Shown: positions 23,701 through 39,109 of the stretch, in pieces
Numbering within the stretch: the first letter of the stretch is position 1
Layout of the letters: every line of letters starts with the position of its first letter
Assembly (NCBI GenBank): GCA_043228905.1
Contig: JBHGNT010000006.1
Location: 12,276,001 to 12,340,000, forward strand
Origin: Azolla caroliniana
Taxonomy: Eukaryota; Plantae; Polypodiophyta
DNA length: 64,000 bases
Reading direction: 5' to 3'
Translations under genes and position numbers: made by a program
The notes under the pieces: model-generated
Databases searched by the model: none
Seen by the model: only the letters and a program-made list of their open reading frames with translations
What the model was told of the DNA's origin: nothing

Positions 23701-26700
23701 GTGGCATCCTTGCTTCACTCTGATTGAGCTAGCCACAGCCTCTGACAAACCCTTGGAAGACCGCACTTTTCCTAACACAAATTCATAGAGTGCATAGATT
23801 CCCCATTGCATATCTGTAGGAACACAACTGGTATTAGGCAACTGGTATTGTGCATAAATAAATACAACTGGTATTAGGCAATCTACATATCTAACAACTT
23901 AAGATTCTAAATTTTGAAAGGAGAAAAATCTCCAGCATGGACTGCTCCAAGATGGAGAGATCTCCAAAGCAAGGACGGCACCTACGGTTCCAGGTGATAA
24001 CAGCCTTTATTTGTTAGTAACAAGGGAGAGAAAATGAGATCTAGAATGAGAAGCTATAGATCATCTGTCAACCTGATGGGAGAAAGAAAATGTGATCTAG
24101 AAAGAGACCTCCTAAAAATTACCTGATGCAAGTAGCCCATCTTTTCCTATCACTCTTTATAAAGCATTCAGGAGACACAATTTATCAGTCTCATTATTCT
24201 ATATTGAGCTGAGTGTCCAACAAGCTTTCCTTGTATTTGTCTTGCTTAAGCTTGTAGTAGTACAAGAACACGGAGCATAAAGTTTTTTTTTAACTCTTAT
24301 GAACTTTTCAGAGTGCAATTTAGTTTTGCTTTATTTTACCACACTTCTATAACAGTCACATGGATGAAACATTTGTTCTCACGGGTCACTTTGGATTTTT
24401 GAAGACATCAATCAACATTTATCATCCTTGACAAGTTGAGAAGATAATACCTTGTAGTACTTCCATTTGCTTTCTTGATTAATTCTGGAGTCCTTAACCA
24501 TGGAGTCAGCCAGCATCTCTCTCAACTGCATACGAATTCCCTTCCGCAGTTTTGTTGCTGCCTGTATAACATTATTTTAAACTTGTTCACAAAACAATAG
24601 CAAGATAAACAAACAGTTGTACCCATGGCAAATGAACAAATATATATGAATCGGTGTCCAATAGACATGCACACTCTCTTATCAGTGACAAAAATAACAT
24701 TGTTCCATCAATAATAATGAAATACACCAGCTGAAATACATTCTATCTGAAACAATGTTAAAAATATAGTAATAACAGTTCCTATTGCATTCTGTTCTTA
24801 TCCTCTGGCATGTCGCAATATAGAGTATCTATTGAATGTCTATAAGAAGATGCAAGTCATGTGGGCCATACTGGAACCAATCATAGAAAGAGGTAATTGG
24901 TGAGCTTCATAATCGACTTGTGCTACTGCAACAATAGAAAGAGATGCGTTCAAGAGGGTAACCAATTAGGCCAACCGCATGTATGAGAAAGGACCTTAGA
25001 ACTTCTTTTATGTGAGGACATTGACTACAGGCTTTAACGTTCTCCATTAGATACTAAAGGCTTTGGAGGAGGTGACAGTTAAACAGATTTGTGAGTGCTC
25101 GGTTAGTGAAGCAGAAATAAGTGGAAATGTTTGTGGGACTCCTATGAATGCAATGCTAAGGAAGAATGGTTATCCCAATTGTGCCATCAAGATGTGAAAT
25201 TAGAGGGGTACTGTATACCTTTGCATTATTTTTATCAATATAGAAGAGGGAAAGAGACAATTGCCTATTCCGTCAAGAAAACATTGTTCACGAGGCAATG
25301 GAATATGAAGACCAATGATGCTCGGTGTCATTCTTGTTAGAAATCAAGAAAGAAAGATATATTAATGTCTTTTAAGAGGCCAAAATGGCCTATAAGACCA
25401 TACACGAGATTACATCTTAACTGTTGTCTCATCTTTGAGAACAAATCAAAATAGAGTAAGTATTACTCAGTAAATATAGAAGTAAATAAGATAAAAACAG
25501 ACGAGGGAATCTGGTATTTGGCACATGTGAGATTCTCAAGTTAGATATATTGTAGCTTTTGTCTTCGAAAGATCTCTAGCATAGGTCGATCCAGAAGCTG
25601 TTGAAGGAAAATGATACAACAAAACCTCATTAGCAAAGAACTTCCACAACCTTCTTTAGCACCATTATTCGTGATGCTATGAGTCAATTAAGGTCTTTTG
25701 AAGACAGAAGTTTTCAGTCCATCTTAGCTCAGGATGTTAAAAGCTTAGTTTATAGTTAACAAGAACATTTGGGGCCTTGAGAAATTTTACTAATCTAGTT
25801 ATATTTAGTTTGCCTTATTGTAGATGAGAGAAGAATTTCAGATGTTAATCACTAATTCGATCTCATTGCCCAAGTTCTAGATGGGGTTCCTCGCTTCAGA
25901 GACCTCCCCATCTTGGAGATATTTCAAAGGCAGAACTCTGAATCCATCTTAGGTTAAAATGTGAAGTGCTTAACAAACAATATTCTCTGGTACATCAGGC
26001 AATTTTTCCATGAAACTAAGCTACAACTCAAAACAATTTTTCTTTCATGGTTCCTTGTGGGGGTACTCTTAATTGTTGTATTCTTTGCTCATGGATAACA
26101 GATTTTTCCAACCACCTCATGAATAGAATGTACAAGATTTTTTTGCATCCATACTTATCTCATCAGTGCTCAGGAGTAGGTGAAGGCTCATTTATCAGCA
26201 TTCATATAACATAATGTTATTCAATATGAGAATAGTGGCTTTGCTAAAGAGTGTCTTGTGTGTGTGCTGTGTCTGCAGAAAGGAATAAACAAGGAATATA
26301 CATACTTGCAAGGAGGTGATTCGAAAATCCCATGAAGTAAATACAAGAGTAGCAAATGGAGAAACGTCACTCATGTAAACCATGGTTGCATCACCGCTGC
26401 CCATTGCTCTTCGTGATATCCTACACTCAGAATCCCATAATTATAATCGCATCTTTTCAAATAGTAATGAATATGAAGCATGTATTGACCATGAAATAAA
26501 TATGTACTCTCAATTTTATGGCCTCTAGTATATATAAACTATTTCTCTTTTTTAATGAATGCAATCCACCTTGTACAAGAAGATCAGAATACAAGTTAAC
26601 CAGCATAAAATCCCCAGGGCACAAGTGACAATTCAAGCTATCAAAACTCTTATAACGTAACTATTAACATCTTCAAAAGCCCAAAGGGACCTATGACACA

Positions 26701-29700
26701 AATACTTAGATCCATGTCAATCTTATAGAAATCTGCTAAATGGAAGAAAAAATCAATTCCAGTTAAATATGTAGTTTCCCTATGTAACTAAGCTATGATC
26801 AAAGCATAATTATATATGAACTGTGAGTAAAAGTAATGTGGATGGTACAATGTACAAAAATAAGTACATAAATATTTAGGAGATGTAGAATGTGAGTGGA
26901 TCAGTCCATGAATGCTCTCATAGAATGACATCATATGCATCAATGGTCTGTTGTGAACCACAGGGGGCCACTCTTGATCTCAGGAAATGATGCTATGCAT
27001 CTTCAAACGCAGGCAATGTCTTTTAAGTGATAATCTTCAGGCACCTGGAGCACGTCATATCTACTGCTTGGTCAAGCCATATTCCTCTACAAGGTGCTGG
27101 TTGGACTTGATCTAAGATATATTGGCACCGCCTTCTGTAGAAAACTATCATCTGCCTTTGCTGGTGAGCTGGTATTTGAAGGAATGATTCTATATCTACA
27201 GCTCTCTAGTCAAAAGAGCCCAAATATATCTGATCATAGAAGTCCATGGCCCTGTATGGCATAGTAGACATATCCTCTACCGGGGCGGTATGCACTTACA
27301 CCTATCTATATATCTCCAAATGATGTGATGAGTTGTGGATTTGTTTCCAAAGATGCATCTCAATCCATGGGACAGACAATATCCATATATATATGGAGTA
27401 GCATAAATCCATCCTCTCCTGCATAAGTTTGATCATGTTTAACTTGTCTCTAGCTGAGTAGGATCTTGCCTGCAGTCTTTACAGAGCTCTTTAATTTTTA
27501 ATCTAGCCAGAAGTAGTTACGACGGAAGTGAAGTAAATGTCTAACACATCTTCTGAGCCAGATTCTCTCATCTATTATTATCTTTAGATTCAGACCACAA
27601 ATATCATGGATTCATGGGATCTTATATCATGTCTGAAAATACATGCAATAGAAAACATGAAACATCCAGCACCATTAGTCCATAGGCAGAAGTAATAGAG
27701 TTCATATTATAGGGAGATCAATGCAGAAATGTCTTGTAGATGGAGAAAGAAAGAAAGAAAGATAAATTAACATATTTTTAAGAGGCCAAAATGGCTAATA
27801 AGACCAAACCAAAGGTTATATTTTAAAATGTTGTCTTGTGTTTGAGAACAAACCAAAACCAATGTAGCTAAATAAAAAAGGATGCATAAAAACTGTAAAC
27901 AGCTTATGAGTTTGCTGTACCACCCATGTTAATGAAGGCCCTCTTCCAGGAGTTCCTTCCCTACACAAATTTAGCAGCATTGATACTAACAACCTTCCCT
28001 ATAGAGCCTATGCAGCCCACCAAATTTTAATTTATGTTGGAGAAGGTTAATGTTCATATGCACAGGCCCGTCGTTGGTTCTGGAGCATGGCATTGATATC
28101 CTCCATCTACCACCACTTATATGGCACAGACACACCATTTGATCCCAATGATGGAAATAGGGTGATAAAAATCTTTATTAGCATTGCGGAAGGCCTAAAG
28201 ACAATTTCTGAGACAACATAGTACATTGTAGGATAAAATGTGTGCATGTTGATAAGAATAATAGTGTAGCAATATGTTGGATAGTTAATAATATGTAATA
28301 ACATTTAGCTCCCTCCATATAGTAATATGTATGCAATAACAGCTAGATCCATCAATGCTAAATATGTGGGCACTGGCCCTTGGAGCATGTAGTACATAGG
28401 TAGCCGAAGTGTGAAATATCTAATATGTAGTGATATGTAGGATGGTAGATAATATGTGATAACAGCTAGCTCCATCCATGTTAAATATGCAGGCGCTGGT
28501 CGTTGGAGCATGTAGAACATAGGTGGCCAAAGGTGTGAACAACTCTCTCAAAATGAGCTGAGGATAAGAACTCATTCTGTCATAATAAAAATAAAATGAA
28601 GTAATATTTAGACTAATAGATAATATATTATAATGTGTAGCTCCATCAATGTGACACATATGGGCACCAGTCATCGATCACACAGTACATTGTTGGCCAT
28701 GGTGGGCACAACTCTTAAAAAATGAGCCCTGTATAAGAGCTCATTTACGTTGCTCTCTCCTAAATGCTCTCTCAATGCTCTCTCAATGCCAGGTGTGGAT
28801 TGTTTGATGGTATATTGTAATTCGTTCTCTGACACCATAGGGCATCGACACGCTCTGCCTCCTGGAATGCTAATCCTGGGAGCTGTTGGATCGAAGATGG
28901 ATGTCAGTGTCCTTGAGACGAATGGTCAACTCAGATAAATTGGGTGTGTCAAAGTTGATGCTCTCTCTCATGACCCTGTGTGTAAATGGGCCTCTCTGCC
29001 ACTCTGGATATCTGAGAGGAATCACCCAAGTTTGTGTTGATCCCTGATGTCCATGATTTTTCTAAAAAAGGGTCACTGAGGCAACAAATAATCATATCTA
29101 TTTCCAGTACATCTACAAGCACAGTGCTCTTCACTATCTACCTTTACATAACAGAGTTTGCATATCCACTCCTTAGATATTCTGGCTGGCAGATTACTCT
29201 CAATCTCTACATTATATGAAGAAACTCCAGGTTGGCCAATCACTACTCTCGTATGATATAGCACATTGACGTCCATGTTGCGAGGTTGCTCAATACAGCC
29301 CTGGGGGGAGAACATAAGAAAGCATGCTTTATAGCACGACATCTCCAGTGACGATGGCTAATGTAGGCTAATCCAAGTCTCACAATTGTGAGTTTGCCAT
29401 ATCTCCTGCCTGATCACCCTCTTTCAATCACGTTACAATCCCAGAAATGGTATTTGTAATGTGCTGGTAGTGTGTCCATCCCGGGCATGCTCTGACGGTC
29501 ACACAAACACCTATGCATACCAACATCCACCATCTCCAACATCAGCAAATTCTGAAAGTATTAGGAATCCATGCTCCAAAATCTGTAAAGAAAACTGACT
29601 TGGATCGGCCCATGTTGGAGACCTTTCAAAAGCAGAAGTTTCAGACTATCTAAATCAGAATTTTGAGTACTTGCACTTCATATTTACTTATATTTATTTT

Positions 29701-32700
29701 GATTTGTAATCTCTCATAGGCAATTTTGGCCTCTTGAAAGAAGTTGATTTCCTTCTCCCTTTCTTTACTCTACCTCCCTCTAAATAAGCATTCTTGGGTA
29801 AGTACTATATTTTGTTATAGTTTCCTTTGAAATACATGGACCAAAAGTGCATAGGATTGTTCTTACTAGACGTCAAAGAGGCATAGAGAGAAAAGTTGAA
29901 GGACAACAATAAAACCACAACAGATCATCAATAGAGGAAAATCACAATTTTCTATAGCCACATCACTCATGCAACAAGCCAATCAAGGATTACACAAGCA
30001 TATTCTCGACCAATGCATTTGAAACATATTGATCAGGCAATAGCAATGTTTCATGCATGTAGGACACAACCAGCTGGACCACAGCCTCATCACCCTTGTA
30101 ACTGAAAAATAAATGTCATTATCACATGGCACCAAAGGTGCTTCCCTCACTTCGGAAATCTCTCCATCTTGGAGTGGTCCATGTTGGAGATTTTTTGAAG
30201 ACAAGTTTCAGTTTATCTGACAGTTTTAAGTTTCTTTGATATATAGATTCTTTAGTACCATATGTTTAATTCTGTTTATTTGATTTGTTGTTTGCAAAGT
30301 CGAGAAAACATTATAAGATGTAACCTCTTGTTTGGTCTTATAGGCCATTTTGGCCTCTTAAAAGAAGTTAATACAGCTTTCTTTCAAAAATTGTGCATTT
30401 ACAAAATCAGAAGTACAGCTTTGAATTATAAAATAATATTTACTTTTTTAATCTATGTAGCATGTTAATGATCAGGAAATGTTCATAGTTTTTTATTAAA
30501 TATGTACATTTTCTGACAGTGAATAGTTTCATAGAGGAGGACCTCTCTTACGTGGCAAGGATTGCAAGCAGACTGATGAGGAACATGGCTGCAATTGTAC
30601 ATGGATAAACATAGTCACTCCTATACCAGCCAGTTTGTTCTGATTTGTAAAAATAACCTCCCAAAAAAATCCACGTTTTCTCTAAACCATTTGCCTGAAA
30701 GTACTTCATGAAATAAGTTTGAATAATAGTAGTTCCAGCAACAAGATGCATTGGACCAGTTTCAAGATGCTATGCCTAAACCGCATTTCTGTTAGGGAAC
30801 ATATTACAGCATATAATACAAGAGAGCTGTGCATAAAATTAATACAAATAAACAAGCAAATGTTCATTAGGCGAGATCAAAGAAAGTTCAGCACAATGCC
30901 ATTTGAAACGTGTCACCAACCTGAAAAAGTTGTTTGACTCCTGTCCAGCGGAAGGAGGTCGGAGGAGAGAGAAAGAAAGGTATAATTACAGCTCCAGTCC
31001 ATAAAATAGCCAAACATACATCCAAAAGAAACACCCAACGAAGAAATGCAAATGTTATCATCACAGCAGATCCAAAACTTCCTTCAATTTCTTTGAGATG
31101 TTCCCCCCACAATCCCCAGAATGGCTGAAAAAATGGAACACAAGATGAAAACAAACAAAACCTGAGATTCTGCTCAAGTCTAAGGCAATAAAGACAAACA
31201 GCAAACTAGATCGACTGTAACATCTACTGTACATTATTATCTATCATAAATGACTTAACTATGATAGGGCTCTGTATGCCAAGTAATTGACACATACAAC
31301 AGAGGGCAGTGTAACTGAATGTTAACCAAATGTGGGCCAAGCCTCTTTCCATATGTCTAGAAAACATCATGTACATTAGTCCGTAAAAAATACTCTGATA
31401 TGCGCATGTGTACTTGCAGGTGCACCCTAACTGGCCTATCTTGTTCTGAAGCCTTGGAAATACAAGGAGAGTCAACATTATATCTATATAAAGCATGGCC
31501 TCTTAGAACATGGGGAGCTCATTTTGAGAGGATAAATTTGGAATATGTTATCAAATCTGGCAAATCAATGAGACATGCAAGAGCTTCTCTCATCCACGAT
31601 GTCATTTATCCTATCATATGATGATTCTTATGCAATTAAGTCATAAAAGAGGGCCACTGCTCATTCACATTTTCTTGCATTTTATGTATTTTCTATAGTT
31701 CTAATTTCATTTTCATTTGCTGCCACTTACCTTTGATGTGAGATAGTGGTAATGGTTTATGTGGTTTAAGAAGAGCTCAAGGTTAAGTTAAAATAGGTTA
31801 AAATTTGAGGTCTCCATGCCCAGCTAATTTGCAGAGGGTTTGAGATCTTCATGCTCATTTAATTTCGGATTGGGAATGAATTGAGCTTAATAGCCAACTG
31901 TGTTTTAGGTGCATTGAGCTTCGTTTCCTTGGGTTCAGAAAAATCCTTGTTACTGCAGGTATTTATTAGAATCTACGATTTAGGGTTGACGTTTTCATGT
32001 TTTCACTTTTATGTTGTTGAGATTAGTGTCCCAGTTTCTATTTTTGTTTCATTGTAAGCTTTGATTTTTGTTCCATCATAACTTTTTATTGTTGTTTCTA
32101 CATTTCAGTATCTTTGCATGTTTTCTGTCACTCACACAAACAAGTGACATGTGGTCGGATGTTGGTTGTTGTGAAGTTCAACTTATACATCTGTCCATAC
32201 ACTCAATTCTAACTCGAGGATTGAGCCATATCGTTTAGCCAAGCAAGTAATGGCCAATCATGATTACCTAATAACTGTTTGGGATCACGGTCTCCACTGT
32301 TGAAGATCAGCACATTGGTATATTCTGTTCAGCTAGTAGTGAGACCTTCAGACATAGTTCTATTAAAGTTGTGTACTAGCAACGGGTGCAAGGTATCATG
32401 GGCATAGAAAAAGTGTTCACCAACCAATCCATCATGAAGTTGGCCCCAATCATCAAGTTTCTTAGATTGTGTGGAGTAAAAATGGTGGATTCATGTGAGC
32501 ATGAGCCATATGGGCGGGAGTACGTTAACGTCTCTAAAAGACCAGAATGGTCAATGAAACCCAAGAAAGGGTACAACATGTTCATGTTAACTAATCAACC
32601 CAAGTAGCAAAAGATCTTCTGCATCAATCAGATCACTGCATAAGATTAGATATTTCCAAATCTACCACACGGAATTCTGTTAGATATAATCAATGATCAG

Positions 32701-35700
32701 CCCCAAGTTGTAAATCTATCCCCATATGTGCTCTTAGAGTGCACATTTTGTGATAGCGCCCCAAATGAGGAGCGGCTAGTGTGCAACTCAACCATATGGG
32801 TCGATAAGGTGTTAATCTAGGAAACTGTAGATGCGTAGGACACAATGTATTTAGGAAAGAGAGAAATAGGTAATAGGATAGGCTAATCAAGTCAACTAGA
32901 ATATTTTGTGGGCAAGTTACGATGTACTTAGTCTTGAAGTATGCGTCATTGACTTCAAGCTAAGTACTATCTAGCACTAGCCTGTACCTAGGGAGTTGGT
33001 CATATTAAATGACAAGTCAGTTGACAGAAAAGGAATATCTCCACTACTATCAACTGACTTGCACATTTAATGTTATTCGTAGACCAAACATAGAAAGCAA
33101 TCCACTTTCTTTTCACAGTGGTTGGCTTGATTATCAGTCCCCACCAATTTTGTAGTGAGCTGGTCCATATCCTATCTAAGCTCTAAGGTGTGAGTCCATG
33201 GGAAAACTACCATTGTGAGCTACTCTCATATGTAATAGAAGTTTTGTTTTCATATATCCCATCTCTGTAGTTGTAACTCTATATACCTATCTAATTGATT
33301 CTCAATATTTCTAACATGGTATCAGAGCTGAGAGGTTGATCTAGATTAGGTATATATGGGCAGTTGCTGTCTGGCAGCACAGAGAAATAGAGAGAGAGAG
33401 AGAGAGAGAGAGAGTATCAATGGCCTTGTCCACGAATGTTGCAGCTACTCCACTGCGCATTCACCCACCTCCATTGTCTGATGGAAAGCTAGATGGAACC
33501 AACTACACTCTATGGAAATTCAAAATGTCTGCCATTTTGGACTCCTACGAGTTGTTGGAGACAATCATGGGACCCACAGGAGGAGACCTTGAGCCCATGA
33601 CGACCTTTGACCCTGCACACCCTACCACATCAATCCCTCCAAATACTGATCTACTTCGAGCCTGGAAGAGAAGGAATGCTGATGCGCTGTGTAAATTAGT
33701 CAACTGTGTATGTCACTCTGTACTAACATTAGTGCAACATACAACCAAGGCACATGAAGCTTGGAGCATATTGGCCAGCCAGTATGAGACCAGAAACTAT
33801 ACAAGGATACAAAACCTTGAAAATTAGCTTGCTGCAGAGAAGCTCGCCGATGGAGAGAAAGTAGAATCCTTTGTAAAAAGGATTAAGGATCTTCAAGATC
33901 AGCTGGCGGCTGTTGGAGTAGTCGTCTCTCAAGAGGATATGGCTCGTCGGTGCATTCGAGTACTTCCTTTCAAGTATGATGGCATTGTGACAGCATTGAA
34001 CACTCAGGTTCGACCCACTCCTTTAAAATTTGATGAACTAAGTGTGATGCTGCTTGAAGAGGAGCTTCGGCTAAAGACAAGAGAAGGAAGGGAAGATTCG
34101 GCATTTGTCTCTAGGACTAAGGGTAAAGAGGCATCCAATTCAAACAATGCGAATAGGATACCAAAGAAGAAGTTCAATGGATCGTGTTTCTATTGTGACA
34201 AGAAGGGTCACACAATCAAGGATTGTCAGAAGAAGATGGCGGACGAGAAGAATGGTTCTAGTAAGACCTCTTGGAGAGAGCCCGAGTCCGCCAACAACGT
34301 CGTAGATGAGCTTGAGTTATGGGTCGCAACTGAAGAAGTGTGTTCTTCAATTGACACCCAAGTTGTCGACGACTCTTGGATTCTCGATAGTGGGGCGTCC
34401 CGACATATGACCAGTAATCGTGACTGGTATAGCTCTTGGACACCACTACAAGAGCCCATCAATGTTGTGGTCGAGAACAATGCTCAATGTCCAGCCAAAG
34501 GAACCGGAACCGTCTCCCTCAAAGCAACGACCGGCGGGACAAAGCATCTCTCTCAAGTGTTGTACATGCCAGATCTCAAGAAGAATCTATTGTCCATTTC
34601 TGCACTGACCAACAAGGGTCTTGATGTTCGATTCAAGAAGTCGGGTGCAGAAATAACAGATTCTGCTGGCAAGTTTGTAGGAATAGGGGTAAGGCGCAAC
34701 AATCTCTATGAGCTGAGTGCACTTACCATTTCTACTGACCACAGCACAAGTACTAACACAAAGCAATGGCATGAGAGATTTGGGCATCTCAATGTTGCTG
34801 TGTTGAAGGAGATGAAGAAGTCGAATATGGTAGTTGGGTTGCCAACCCTATCTGACTTAAGTCATGTTTGTGATGCTTGTATGATGGGCAAGCATCAAAG
34901 ATCAGCTATTCCAAAAGAGAGTCAAAATCAGACAAAGACTCCTCTACAGCTAATACACATCGACCTCTCTGGAAAAATGGTGACTCCTGCAATGGGTGGA
35001 TCTCTCTACTATATGCTGCTAGTCGACGACTTCAGTAGAAAGATGTGGGTTTACTTCCTTCGGGAGAAGGCTGACGCTTTTAAAATCTTCAAAAGATGGC
35101 ATAAGTTTGTTGAGCGAGATTCCAGAAAGTTAGTGAAGGAGTTACGCTCTGATCGAGGTGGAGAATTCTTATCAATAGAATTCTGTGAGTATTGCAAAGA
35201 GCATGGAATTAAGCACCAACTTACAACTGCCTACACCCCACAACAAAATGGTGTTGTCGAACGTCGAAACCGAACAGTTGTCGAGATGGCTAGGTGTATG
35301 TTGAAGGCACAAGCGCTGCCTGACCCATTCTGGGCTGAAGCAGTGAATACAGCAGTTTACATCCTCAATCGGAGCTACACGAAGGCACTTCAAGGGAAAA
35401 CACCCCACGAAGCTTATTCAGGCAAGAAACCTTCAGTGCTGCACTTCAGAACCTTTGGGTGTACGTGCTACGCACATGTTCCAGATGTGAGCAAAAAGAA
35501 GTTGGATGCTAAAAGCAAGAAGTGTATCTTTCTCGGATATAGTGAAGAGTCAAAGGCCTATCGACTCTACGATCCAGAGGCAAGAAAGATATTGACAAGC
35601 CGCGATGTGGTGTTTGATGAAGAACAACCACAGCTAGCTGAGAACAGCGATTCTCAAGTTATCTCATCAACTGAAGAGGTATTTTACCCAATCCCGACCC

Positions 35701-38700
35701 ATTGTCCAGAAAAGGAAGCTGAACCATCTGATGGTAATGGCTCACATTTGCAGCGCCAGTCCTCATGCATCCAGAAACCCTAGATCTTGTTTCTAAACCA
35801 TGGCTAAACAATCCCATCCTCCATATGTAAGTGGGCCCCTCAGAACATAATATTGATTAAAATCAGTTATAGATTCCATTGATCATCTGTAACAAAACTT
35901 CCCTGATTCACATGTGACGTCTATCAAATGAGAATTCCCACCAGATTCCGAAATCTGATGCCATGTTAAAATGACATTTATTTAATTTCATTCACAAGCA
36001 AACTCACTCACATGAAATTTACATGTGACTGATTACCTTAATTTGGAATTGCTTAACCAAAAAACGTACATGTGACAGATTTGGTTGTTAGCTACATCCA
36101 GAAATAACTGGTAAAAAGTAACAACTTGTTGCTGAGAAGTCAACTAAGCAGCGAAGAACATCTTCTAGTGGGTAGGAATATGGTCATTTAGTAAGATGTT
36201 CTAAAAACTACCCAGATATTGGCATATCCATACTGAGTCCTAAGCAAACCAGTAATAAAATTCATTGAGCTGCTCTTCCATACAGTTGAATAAGAAAGAG
36301 ATGGACTTATTAATTAATGTTATGCAACAAAAACTACCATGCTATTATATATAAGGCTTACATTGTCCTTCAACTCTTGAATGTGTTTTCTGAGATATGC
36401 GAAGCAACCTTTACCATGATGCTTTTGTGCAGGAATTCGCAGACCTAATTGAGAAAGCCGCTCTTTTGCCCTTGTAACAGTGGCCTCTACCTGACATTTT
36501 TGAAAACGAGAAGAAAAATACTTCAAATTGGTGCAAAGTTCGGAAATGTTTCAATCATAAAATCCCATTTGGAAAAATAATAATATTAACACATGAATAA
36601 GACTATTGTGTCATTGCATAAATCAAAATGCATATACATGTCAAATTCCTTTCATTGCACAACACGTTGACCTCATGAAATTCAGTGGATTGGCTTTTGT
36701 GTTACCAGAAGAAAATAAGAGAAATCTATTTAAATTAACCTTATACAAAGATATTGCCAGAATTACATTCAAAGTACTCATAGAAAATGATTGTGAAATA
36801 GAATGGTTGACATTGCGTCCTTTATATGCATACTTGCTAGCATACATACATGGATCCTGAGTCCTGACAGTATGTATAAAAATGCCCAAGTCCTTGTCTT
36901 ATGTGATGGGAAAGCAACTTCGCTTAATGTAGATATGTGAACTATCCAAGATTCCTCACATGGAATCATTAAAAATGGGTCAGATAGAATTTAAAAACAT
37001 AGTATAGGCATTAGGCTATAAATCTGAACCAAAATCCATATACAGTGAGCCCAAATTCTAGTTACTCCAAATGTGTTGGCATTCTAAAACTCAAGCTTTA
37101 CAATGAAAATTTTACATAATGTACCACAACAGCCTTGCCTACAAGATCCATGAGTGCCTTGCCCGTCAACTTCCAATTACTTTCCACAAGAGATTATGAA
37201 GTAGTATACTGATAAACTGCGCAAAAGGACTGTACAAGATCATGATGGCATAGTTGCACTATGCAAGGCACTTGATCCATGCCTCAGTTATGGTTGGGGA
37301 GCTCTATGATGGACCTACTGAGAAATGGAATGCTACCAGTATTATGCCTATGCAGATATTGCTCAAGACTAGTAGATGGCACTAAGATTGGACTTGACGA
37401 ATGACTGTCAGGCTATCATGATTAGTCACTGCATTGGCCAAGCACGATGCATTCATACTTTGAGCAATGGTTCCAGAGGAAATCCCCTACTTTGCATCAT
37501 ATATTGGAACAGTGTTATTATCAAGGAGGGCAGAACCTGTTTCAGATGGATTCTTGTTGCTTAGTAGATTTTGGCCCCATTTTTATACATTCATGCCACA
37601 TTTCATTGTTCTTTATCCCATGCCTTTTGTCAATATCCTTGATTTGTTCTCATAGGTCATTTTGGCCAAGTTTTATTTCACATTAGTGTCACATTTTCGT
37701 ATCATTTTCCCCTCACCGTTTTTGAGCAACATGATTTCGCCTCGTCAGTCATTTTGGCCAATATGTTTTTGTGTGAATATCAGATGTCATTTATCTCTCA
37801 CCTTTTTTGAGTATCATGCTTTCACCTCATCGGCCATTTGGCCAATTTCTTTTGGTGTAAATATCAGATGTCAATCATCACTCTGAGTAAATGATTCACC
37901 CTTTTAGAAAATGTCATTTTGGCCTTCCGTTCATGTTAAAATTTACATTTTAGTTCATTTCATCTCATCCTATGTGGGTACAATGATTCTTTTGAATGAG
38001 AAACGCAAAATGTAAAGCTCACATCTGTTTTTCTGACCATAGAGAAACTTAAGTGAGTACAATGAATCTTCTAAGTGCATAACATAAAACTCTAAGAAAC
38101 TTTATGTCCATTTCACTGATCCAGTAACAAACCTGAGTACGACGTTTATGAATGGAATCCGTCTCCTGCTTATCTGAATGAAGAAAGCTCGCAGCAAGGG
38201 CACGACGCTTCTGAAGAAAATCTTGTTGACCATCCTCCACTAGCGAAGAAGTGATCTTTTGAAGTTGGAATGGCAAAACCGGAGGAGCCAGATGATTATA
38301 CAAAGTCGGAGTTGATGAGGATGTTGTTGTTGTAGATGATGAGGATGAAGGAGGAGGTACAACGTGACTACCAGGAAGCGTGTTGTCAACAATATTGCTT
38401 CTTCTTCGGGCTACTCTATGTGATGGGTTCTGAACAGATGCATGAGCAGAGGAGCCCTCCAATATCAAACTGTTGCTCTTTACCTTAGACCGGTGAGAAG
38501 GTCTTCTATTTGAAGAGGGACCTTCGCCATCAGGAGAGAGGATTACATTATCATGAGGCGAAGAAGAAGAGGCCATGCCACCTCGGAGCGCATCATTCCG
38601 AACATCATTTGTCCGAACTGCATCATTCCAAACCGCATCATTTCGAACGGGAATGGAAGAGAAGAGATTGCTGTCTTTTGATCTTAACCCTGAAGAGCAG

Positions 38701-39078
38701 AAGGCGTTGTTTTCTGTTGGTGGGTACACATTGAAGAGATGAAATTATTTCCATTTGTATTTATACTCATATTTGTTTCGTATGATCTCATACCTGAAGA
38801 GACGAAATTGGTGTCTGTTGATCTTACATTGGAAGAGATAAGATTGTTTTCTGTTAATCGTATGGCTGAATCTCTTCTCGGTTGTTGATGATGATGATGT
38901 TGCAATTGTTGCTGTTGCTGCTGCCGGCGAGAAAGGTGTAGATCTTCGACTGTTGGATCTTGGTCTCTGAGCATGGGGCTCACAGAAATACGGGAAGCTG
39001 CAATGTCGAAGGCAGAGGGGTGTTTGGAGAGATGGCCTCGAGGCCTCATCCTCCACGGCGGCGGCGGATGCAGAGCAG

Positions 39079-39109
<31 letters not shown>

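Larger units (their letters stand above)
22075..30385. repeat. Dispersed 3'-end remnants of the same LINE family in TMC introns
   Basis: Copies at ~22075-22430, 23890-24030, 25345-25600, 27745-27870 (minus) and ~25880-25960, 29600-29770, 30100-30385 (plus). Confidence 0.65.

Noticed and set aside
26850-29600. Possible extra exons or a nested gene in the intron
   Set aside because: Flanking TMC exons join in phase without them; the sequence looks like very decayed TE, but I could not assign it.
33825-33827. Programmed readthrough in Copia gag
   Set aside because: The stop is mid-gag and is most simply a CAG>TAG mutation.
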